DNA of 64,000 nt from Myxococcota bacterium (GTDB lineage Bacteria > Myxococcota_A > UBA9160 > SZUA-336), in contig CBDFGR010000002.1 of NCBI GenBank assembly GCA_965247115.1, forward strand, positions 1,824,001 through 1,888,000, given 5' to 3'. The position numbers were made by a program, and so were the translations under genes. The notes beneath the pieces are model-generated. The model was not told the DNA's origin and ran no database searches. It was given only the letters and a program-made list of their open reading frames with translations. Shown piece by piece: positions 56,942 to 64,000 of the stretch (position 1 is the first letter of the stretch; every line of letters begins with the position of its first letter).

Positions 56942-59900
56942 CCCAGAGCGACACCGAGGCGCGTCGCCGGATCCGGGAGGATCTCGACTCCACTCTCTTC
57001 GTCGAAGCTGCGGCCGGAACGGGAAAGACGACCGAGCTCGTCGCCCGCATCGTCTCCCTGCTCGAGAGCGGTCGCGCGACACTCGAGGGGATTGTGGCGG
57101 TCACTTTTACCGAGAAGGCTGCCGGGGAGATGAAGCTGCGGCTGCGGGCGGAGATCGAGCGCGCCAGGGAGCGCGAGGGTGTCTCGCCGTCGGAACGGGC
57201 GTTCCTGGACGGGGCACTCGGCCAGCTCGAGATCGCTCACATCGGGACGATCCACGGCTTCTGTGCCGACCTGCTGCGCGAGCGCCCGGTCGAGGCCGGC
57301 GTGGACCCGCTCTTCGAGGTCGCACCGGAGGACGAGCAACGCGAGCTCCTGGACGGTGCCTTCGACGCGTGGTTCCAACGCACGCTCGCGGATCCCCCGG
57401 AAGGCGTGCGGCGGGTCCTCCGAAGACGGACACGCGGCCCCAATGCGGTAGGGCCCCGAGCCAGCCTGCGGGCCGCAGCGGAGAAGCTGCTCGATCACCG
57501 GGACTTCACGGCCGCGTGGCAACACATGCCCTTCGATCGCAGAGCGGAGATCGACGGCGTCATGGATCGACTCGCGACGCTCGCGCCGCTCGCAGGACAG
57601 GCGAGCAGGCGAGACAGCTATCTCGCGCGGAGCTTTCGCGAGATCAACGGCTTTGTCGACGAGACCGCGCACCGCGAGGCGGTACGTGGCCGCGACTACG
57701 ACGGTCTGGAGGCCGAGCTGCGGCAGTTCCACCGCGCAAGGCACTGGAGGTGGAAGGGCAGCGGGAAGTGGTTCGGGAAGGGGCTCGAGCGCGACGGCGT
57801 GCTCGCAGAGCGAGATGGCGTCAAGACCGATATTGGAGCGCTACTCGCACGCGCGGACGCGGAGCTCGCTGCGTACTTGCGCGAGGAGCTGCGCCCCCTC
57901 GTCGCTACCTACGAGTCGCTGAAGGAGCGCATGGGGAAGCTCGACTTCCTCGATCTGCTCCTGCGCGCGCGCGACCTCGTGCGAAACGACCACGGGGTAC
58001 GCGAGCTGCTCCAGTCGCGCTTTACCCACTTCTTTGTGGACGAGTTCCAGGACACAGATCCGCTTCAGGCGGAGCTCCTCATGCTGCTCGCCGCAGCGGA
58101 TCCGCGGGAAACCGACTGGCGACAGGTGAGACCGGTGTCCGGGAAGCTCTTCCTCGTCGGAGATCCCAAGCAGTCGATCTACCGCTTCCGGCGCGCTGAC
58201 GTCGACGTCTACGAGTCCGTGAAGCAGCAGCTCTCGCTGCATGATGCTGGGGTCCTGCACCTGAACAGGAGCTTCCGGAGTGTCCCCTCACTGCAGTCTG
58301 CCGTGAACGCGTCCTTCGAGCCCGTGATGTCCGGATCCGAAAGCGGGAGCCAGGCCCGCTACGTGCCGCTCGAGCCGTTTCGTCCCGAGACGCAGGAGCA
58401 GCCCAGTGTCGTGGCGCTCCCCGTACCCCGGCCGTACGGCGACTACAGAACCATCGTGCAGTGGAAGATCGAGGAGTCGTTCCCGGATGCGGTCGGGGCC
58501 TTCGTAGACTGGCTGATTCACAAGAGCGGCTGGACGGTGGTGGAGCGCGATCGGCCCGAGCAACGTGTGCCGATCCAGGCGCGTCACGTCTGCCTGCTCT
58601 TTCGGCGCTTTCGCCGCTTTCGCGACGACGTGACGCGCCCGTACGTACGGGCGCTCGAGGTGAGGCGCGTGCCGCACGTGCTCGTGGGTGGGCGCTCGTT
58701 CCACGCCCGCGAAGAGGTGCTCGCGATTCGCAACGCGCTCTGTGCGATCGAGTGGCCGGAGGACGAGCTGCGCGTCTTTGCCACGCTGCGCGGTCCGCTG
58801 TTCGCATTGGGAGACGATGCGCTCCTGGCCTTCCACCATCGCGTAGGGCGGCTGCATCCGCTCCGTCGCCTGGACCGGGACTCCCACGAAGACTCGGACC
58901 GCGCGGTTGGCGAGGCGCTAGAGGTTCTCGGGCGGCTCCACGTCGGCCGCAACCACAGGCCCGTGGCAGAGACGCTCGTGCGCCTGCTCGGAGCGGTGCG
59001 TGCGCACGCCGGGATCGCGATCACGCCGACCGGGGAGCAGGCACTGGCGAACTGCTTGCGAATGGTGGAGCTGGCGCGGCGCTTCGAGCGTGGCGGCGCC
59101 TCGTCCTTCCGGGCCTTTGTAGAACGCATGGAGAGCGATGCCGAGCGCGGTGAATCGCAGGAAGCACCCGCAGTGGAAGAGGGTACCGAGGGTGTGCGCA
59201 TCATGACGGTACACAAGGCCAAAGGCCTCGAATTCCCCGTCGTGGTTCTGGCGGATCCGACATGCAACGCGACGATGGACGTGCCGACGCGTCACATCGA
59301 CGCCGAGAAAGGCCTGTGGGCGGAGCCCTTGTGTGGCTGCGCTCCCCAGGACCTGCTCGACGCGCGGGAGGAAGAGGCGCGGCGGGACCGCGAGGAGGCC
59401 GTGCGTCTCACCTATGTTGCAGCGACGCGAGCCCGTGACTTGCTGGTGTTGCCCGTGATCGGGGATCCGACGAACGCCGACAGCGAGCGCTGGCTCGATG
59501 TCATGAACCCCGCTGTCTTTCCGGAGCCCGAGCAGCGCAGGGCCGCCACTCCTGCGCAAGGCTGCCCGGAGTTTGGCGAGGACAGCGTGTTCGAGCGGCC
59601 GGACAACGTGGAGCGCGGACCAAAGGGCTCGATTGCCCCGGGGTCGCATCAGCCGCAGGCCGGATCGCACCGGGTCGTCTGGTGGGATCCTGCGGTTCTG
59701 GAGCTCGACCAGGAGCAGACCGTAGGGCTGCGTCAGCAACCCATCCTCGAGGCGGACGAGGGCGAGGTCGCTGCGGACGAGGGGGTCCAGGCGCACGAGC
59801 GCTGGCAGACCGCGCGAAAGGAAGCGCTCGAGCGTGGCGCCGAGCCACTGCTGCGCGTCGAAGCCGTGACCTCGCTCGCGGAGCCCACCGAAGACGGCAT

Positions 59901-60384
59901 ACACATCGACGTGTTAGAGGTCGCAGTCGACCGTGGCTCGCGCCCGTCGGGTCGGCGGTTTGGATCTCTCGTACACGCGAGCCTTGCCGTGGTGGATCTG
60001 CAAGCCGATGCCTCTGCCGTTCACCAGACGGTGCGAGCACAGGCCCGGCTCGTCGGAGCGTCGGGCGACGAGTTGGCCGCTGCAGCGACCGCCGTCGGTG
60101 CGGCCCTTGCGCATCCGCTGGTGCGCCGCGCTGCGCTGGCTCACGGGCGCGGTGAGCTTCGCCGCGAGACACCGGTCATGCTGCTGCGCCCCGATGGAAC
60201 TCTCGCCGAGGGGGTGGTGGACCTGGCCTTTCGCGAGGAATCCCGCTGGATCGTGGTCGACTTCAAGACGGACCGGGAGCTCGAGCCGCGTCGGCGCGAG
60301 TACGAGGCGCAGGTCGGGCTCTACGTAGAGGCGGTTGCGCAGGCGACGGGAGAGCCGGCGGAAGGGTGCTTGCTGCTGCTCTGA
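56938..60384 (+). CDS. addA: AddA-like UvrD helicase-nuclease
   Basis: AAAGTGKT, VDEFQDT, VGDPKQSIYRFR, TVHKAKGLEF, YVAATRAR, GVVDL..VDFKT; ATGA coupling to addB. Confidence 0.88.
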   Translation: MTQSDTEARRRIREDLDSTLFVEAAAGTGKTTELVARIVSLLESGRATLEGIVAVTFTEKAAGEMKLRLRAEIERAREREGVSPSERAFLDGALGQLEIAHIGTIHGFCADLLRERPVEAGVDPLFEVAPEDEQRELLDGAFDAWFQRTLADPPEGVRRVLRRRTRGPNAVGPRASLRAAAEKLLDHRDFTAAWQHMPFDRRAEIDGVMDRLATLAPLAGQASRRDSYLARSFREINGFVDETAHREAVRGRDYDGLEAELRQFHRARHWRWKGSGKWFGKGLERDGVLAERDGVKTDIGALLARADAELAAYLREELRPLVATYESLKERMGKLDFLDLLLRARDLVRNDHGVRELLQSRFTHFFVDEFQDTDPLQAELLMLLAAADPRETDWRQVRPVSGKLFLVGDPKQSIYRFRRADVDVYESVKQQLSLHDAGVLHLNRSFRSVPSLQSAVNASFEPVMSGSESGSQARYVPLEPFRPETQEQPSVVALPVPRPYGDYRTIVQWKIEESFPDAVGAFVDWLIHKSGWTVVERDRPEQRVPIQARHVCLLFRRFRRFRDDVTRPYVRALEVRRVPHVLVGGRSFHAREEVLAIRNALCAIEWPEDELRVFATLRGPLFALGDDALLAFHHRVGRLHPLRRLDRDSHEDSDRAVGEALEVLGRLHVGRNHRPVAETLVRLLGAVRAHAGIAITPTGEQALANCLRMVELARRFERGGASSFRAFVERMESDAERGESQEAPAVEEGTEGVRIMTVHKAKGLEFPVVVLADPTCNATMDVPTRHIDAEKGLWAEPLCGCAPQDLLDAREEEARRDREEAVRLTYVAATRARDLLVLPVIGDPTNADSERWLDVMNPAVFPEPEQRRAATPAQGCPEFGEDSVFERPDNVERGPKGSIAPGSHQPQAGSHRVVWWDPAVLELDQEQTVGLRQQPILEADEGEVAADEGVQAHERWQTARKEALERGAEPLLRVEAVTSLAEPTEDGIHIDVLEVAVDRGSRPSGRRFGSLVHASLAVVDLQADASAVHQTVRAQARLVGASGDELAAAATAVGAALAHPLVRRAALAHGRGELRRETPVMLLRPDGTLAEGVVDLAFREESRWIVVDFKTDRELEPRRREYEAQVGLYVEAVAQATGEPAEGCLLLL

Positions 60385-60440
60385 GGGCACCCCGGCCAGC
60401 GGCTGCACGTTGGAGATCGGGGTTCCGGTAGACTGCACGC

Positions 60441-61580
60441 ATGGCGTGGGACCTGATTGTCATCGGTGGCGGAGTGGTCGGCGCGTCGGTCGCGTACTAC
60501 AGCGCGCGGGCGGGCTCGCGGACTCTGCTGGTCGATGCCAGGGACGAGGGCAGGGCGACCGACGCGGGGGCGGGCATCGTGTCCGCTGCCACGAACACCC
60601 GCGACGTAGACGCGTGGCAGGTGCTGGCGCGCGCAGCCGCCGCGGACTACCCGCAGCTGGCAGCCGAGCTGCGCGAGGCACAGGCCAACGATCCCGGTTA
60701 CGAACGCGTGGGAATGCTGATCGTGGCCCTGGACGAGGAAGACGCAAAGCGCTTCGATCGCTACCTCTCCTACGTGCGAGCGCGTGAGGTTCACGACGAC
60801 GAGCTCCAGGAGGTGGATAGTGCCGAGGCGAGGAGGCGCTTCCCCGCGCTTGGACCCGTCGAGCGGGCGCTCTGGGCGCCGGGTGCGGGCCGTGTGGACG
60901 GCCGCCAGATCGAGACCGCGCTGCTTGCTGCCGCAGAGGAACACGGCTTGGAGCGGAGGCATGCGCGGGTCGAGCGACTGCTGACGGAGGGGGGCTCCGT
61001 CAAGGCAGTCGAGGTCGAGGGCGAGCGATGTGCGGCCGCAGCCGTCGCGATCTGCGGTGGTGCGTGGTCGGGGAGCCTGGCAGCTCAGCTCGGTGTCGCG
61101 CTCGCGGTGGTGCCGCAGCGCGGTCAGATCATCCACCTGGAGCTGCCAGGAGCGGACACACGGAGCTGGCCACTACTGGGCGCCCTGCGCGATCACTACA
61201 TGGTTCCCTGGCCGGGCGGACGTGTGGCGGTGGGTGCGACGAGGGAGGACGGCTCGGGCTTCGATCCCCGCACCACCGCCGCCGGCGTGCGTGAGGTGCT
61301 CGACGAGGCCCTGCGCGTGGCCCCAGGCCTGGCGGATGCGAGCATCCACGAGATCCGAGTCGGCCTGCGCCCCTGCACGCCAGACCTGCTCCCCGTGTTG
61401 GGGACGCTACCGGGCTATCGGAATCTCTGGCTCGCCACGGGTCACGGTCCAACGGGACTCACGCTTGGACCGTTCAGCGGAAAGCTCGTGGCTCGCCTCG
61501 CGCGTGGCGAGAGCGTCGAGCTCGACCTGTATCCCTTCCGACCCGATCGCCCGGAGCTCGCGACGACGGCCTCGGGCTGA
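60441..61580 (+). CDS. FAD-dependent oxidoreductase (D-amino acid/glycine oxidase family)
   Basis: IGGGVVG, GLRPCTPD, TGHGPTGLT. Confidence 0.9.
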   Translation: MAWDLIVIGGGVVGASVAYYSARAGSRTLLVDARDEGRATDAGAGIVSAATNTRDVDAWQVLARAAAADYPQLAAELREAQANDPGYERVGMLIVALDEEDAKRFDRYLSYVRAREVHDDELQEVDSAEARRRFPALGPVERALWAPGAGRVDGRQIETALLAAAEEHGLERRHARVERLLTEGGSVKAVEVEGERCAAAAVAICGGAWSGSLAAQLGVALAVVPQRGQIIHLELPGADTRSWPLLGALRDHYMVPWPGGRVAVGATREDGSGFDPRTTAAGVREVLDEALRVAPGLADASIHEIRVGLRPCTPDLLPVLGTLPGYRNLWLATGHGPTGLTLGPFSGKLVARLARGESVELDLYPFRPDRPELATTASG

Positions 61581-61582
61581 CC

Positions 61583-62469
61583 GTGCCTCGTCCTTCCTGT
61601 GTCGTTCACGTCTCGGATCTCGTCGCAGAGAAGCGCCCGCGCTTCACGTACGGCAGCAGCGTGCGTTCGGAAGTCCGGGCCGTCGGAAACAGTGCGGGCC
61701 TCACCCGGATGGGCGTTGGGTGCGCAGCGTCGAGCCGGGCTGCGCCGGCACGAACCGTCACTATCACGAGGTCGAGGAGGAGTGGGCCTACGTGCTCTCG
61801 GGGGCGGGGGTCGTCCGGATCGGGCCTCTCCGCATCGACGTCTGTGCGGGGCACTTCGTGGCGTTTCCGCCAGGGCCGAGACCGCACCACTTCGTGGCGG
61901 CCGGGACGGAAGCCATGATTCTGCTCGAGGGTGGCGAGCGGCGGCCGCAGGAGGACACCGGGTGGTACGTAGACGAGCGGCGTGGGTGGCGCCACGGCGA
62001 GCCCGTGGAGATGACCGAGCCGCCTCCTCCCGAAGAAGGCGACTCTGGACAGTGCATCCATCTCGAAGACGTTCCCGAGCGTGACTTCCAGCACGCTGTC
62101 GACCCCCGCTCGCGGCGGGTGATGCGTTCGCTCAGCCGTGCGACGGGGCTGGTGCGTCAGGCCGTGCGTTGGGCGCGGGTCAGGGTAGAAGACCGAAGCA
62201 CGGCGTACCACACGCACGATCGCACCGACGAGTGGGTGTACATCCTGGCCGGGCGTGCAAGCGTACGCGTCGGCGAGGACCAGTTCGAGGCGTCGCCAGG
62301 AGACTTCCTTGGCCATCCTGCGGGCAGCCCGGCTCACGTGATGGAGCCCCTGGAGGAGCTCACCTACCTGGTGGGCGGGCAGATCGATCCGGACGACGTC
62401 GTGACCTATCCCGAGGCAGGGGTGAGGAAGCGACGAGGTCGCATCGAGCCGCTCGACGTGGTGCCATAG
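61583..62469 (+). pseudogene. Tandem two-cupin protein, frameshifted near 61716
   Basis: AGLTRMGV continues in another frame as WVRSVEPG..HYHEVEEEWAYVLSG; second cupin motif HTHDRTDEWVYIL. Confidence 0.78.
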
Positions 62470-62483
62470 GCGCGAGGTACTTC

Positions 62484-62528
62484 CGCGGGTCAGAACCCGA
62501 AGTCGCGGGTCAGAACCCGAAGTCGCGG
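62484..62528. repeat. 20-bp tandem duplication CGCGGGTCAGAACCCGAAGT (2.25 copies)
   Basis: Exact copies at 62484-62503 and 62504-62523; covers the histone gene stop codon. Confidence 0.9.
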
Positions 62529-63001
62529 TCGAGGACCGTCTTGCGTTCTGCGCGGCGCGCGTTCTGGATCGCTCGATCCGCGAGCTTGCGCACCTCATCG
62601 GACAGGATCTCCATGACCCGGTCCGACGTACTCATGCCCGAGCGCGCTTTGACGTACGTCTTGAGCTTCGAAGCAACGATGAGCACGTCGCGCGGCAGGC
62701 CCTCGACCTCCAGTCCGGCTGCTGCCGCAGCAGGGGACGAGGCGATGATGCGTCGTGGGCGCTTCGCCTTGGCAGCGGGCGGGCGCTCAGGAACCGCCTC
62801 ACCCTCCGCCGGAGCTCGCTTCTCGATCGCCCAGGACTCGCGGTGGTTCACGAGTCCGAGATGCGCGTCCCAGCAATCGGTTCTGCAGAACGCGAGTGCC
62901 GTGCGCTTGCGGTTGCAGGTCGACACGTTGCAGACCCAGTAAACCTCCCCGTACGCAATCGGGCGCTTGCAGCTGCTGCAACGCCGCCAGATGTTCGGCA
63001 T
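62510..63001 (-). CDS. Zinc finger (ZZ-like) fused to a bacterial histone fold
   Basis: N-terminal CxxC..Cx4C..Cx3C..H..H; C-terminal DVLIVASKLKTYVK..GMSTS..RKTVLDRDF resembles Bdellovibrio histone Bd0055. Confidence 0.85.
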   Translation of the reverse strand: MPNIWRRCSSCKRPIAYGEVYWVCNVSTCNRKRTALAFCRTDCWDAHLGLVNHRESWAIEKRAPAEGEAVPERPPAAKAKRPRRIIASSPAAAAAGLEVEGLPRDVLIVASKLKTYVKARSGMSTSDRVMEILSDEVRKLADRAIQNARRAERKTVLDRDFGF

Positions 63002-63090
63002 CGGCCCCTCCCAAAAGCGCGCGAAACGACGTCGCTTTTGTAGGGTACAAACCTCGCTGGATCGGGCCAGGCTCGTTACTCTCCTGCGCC

Positions 63091-64000
63091 ATGATAAGAC
63101 GAGGTTCTGTCGCGCTAGCGGCAGGGATGTTGTGGGGGCTCGTCAACGTTGCCAGCGCTGACGAGATCGTGTTCACGAACGGTGACCGTCTCAGTGGTGA
63201 GGTAGTACACCTCATCGACGGGACACTCACCCTTGAGTCAGAGGTCCTGGGAAAGATCGAGGTCGACGCGGCCAGGATCCAGACCTTTTCGACCTCGCAG
63301 GCGGTGGAGATCCACACCGAGGACGGGACGGTGCTGAAGGACGTCGTGGTCAAGGGAGACCGTGGCGAGATCCGTACGGCGGGGACGAGTCCCGTCGGCC
63401 CCCAGACCTTTGCGCTCGCGGACATGGAGGCGCTGAACCCACCTCCCAAAGAGGCTCCGGCCTGGCACGGGACGCTGACTGCAGGGCTGGACGTGGAGCG
63501 AGGGAACTCGTTCACGACGGAAGCCGATGTTGCAGTCAGTGCGGTGCGGGAGACCGAATTCAACCGGATTCGGTTTGATGCCAGCTATGAAGGAGATCGC
63601 AACAAGAACAAGAACACCGGCATCTCGGACACGACGGAGCGCTCCATCAACTTCCTGCTCCGCTACGACTACTTTCTTTCCGAGAACGTGTTCTGGTATG
63701 GCTCGGCTGAGGGCGAGAAGGACGGCGTGCAGGACCTGAATCTTCGCTTTACGGGAGCCGCGGGGTTCGGTCGCCGCTGGTTCAATACCAAGGACTTCAA
63801 GCTCGAGGCGGACCTCGGGCTGTCCTGGATCAGCGAGAACTACGGGTCGGGCGCGCGGGATGAGGACTTCATCGCATCACTACTCAACTGGTCCGCGGAG
63901 CGTCGACTCCCGAGTCTGATCTCGGATCGCTTGACCTTCTTTCAGCGCGGAAAGTTCTGGGTCAACCTGGAGGACTGGGAGGACAAGTTTTACGCCAAGA
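63091..64000 (+). CDS. DUF481/YdiY-like outer-membrane beta-barrel protein, 3' truncated
   Basis: Absent from the ORF track because it has no stop in the window; reads MIRRGSVALAAG..ASA-DEIVFTNGDRLSG..WHGTLTAG..RGNS..RYDYF. Confidence 0.8.
   Translation, partial: MIRRGSVALAAGMLWGLVNVASADEIVFTNGDRLSGEVVHLIDGTLTLESEVLGKIEVDAARIQTFSTSQAVEIHTEDGTVLKDVVVKGDRGEIRTAGTSPVGPQTFALADMEALNPPPKEAPAWHGTLTAGLDVERGNSFTTEADVAVSAVRETEFNRIRFDASYEGDRNKNKNTGISDTTERSINFLLRYDYFLSENVFWYGSAEGEKDGVQDLNLRFTGAAGFGRRWFNTKDFKLEADLGLSWISENYGSGARDEDFIASLLNWSAERRLPSLISDRLTFFQRGKFWVNLEDWEDKFYAK

Noticed and set aside
48380..58199. Long alternative-frame ORFs (48380..50710, 50856..52670, 53642..56008, 56397..58199)
   Set aside because: Arg/Pro/Ala-rich, motif-free shadows of well-supported genes, expected at high GC.
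53678..60384. Helicase-nuclease pair as a defence or Cas4 system
   Set aside because: Size, gene order and motifs match housekeeping AddAB.

Overview
GC-rich bacterial chromosomal window from a diderm organism. The gene mix (five LLM/F420-type oxidoreductases, family III CoA transferases, P450, a Rieske oxygenase, a TpsAB pair, AddAB and a Bd0055-like histone fold) suggests Myxococcota or a related deltaproteobacterial lineage; this placement is inference. About 50 CDSs, mostly organic-compound catabolism and envelope functions. No rRNA, tRNA or CRISPR array was seen. Highlights: (1) a ~1.3 kb DUF222-like/HNH nuclease cassette bounded by two copies of the palindrome AACTGGTCCCGGGACCAG, a candidate transposase-free mobile element; (2) a zinc finger-bacterial histone fusion; (3) a three-gene MotA/ExbB-like motor operon without TonB; (4) a TpsB/TpsA pair with ~14 tandem 228-bp repeats; (5) a sigma-54 promoter driving a tiny acidic lipoprotein opposite an NtrC-type regulator; (6) a PhyH dioxygenase-NUDIX-like fusion. 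Four genes carry single-base lesions, which may be sequencing errors. All family calls come from motif recognition by eye; no searches were run.
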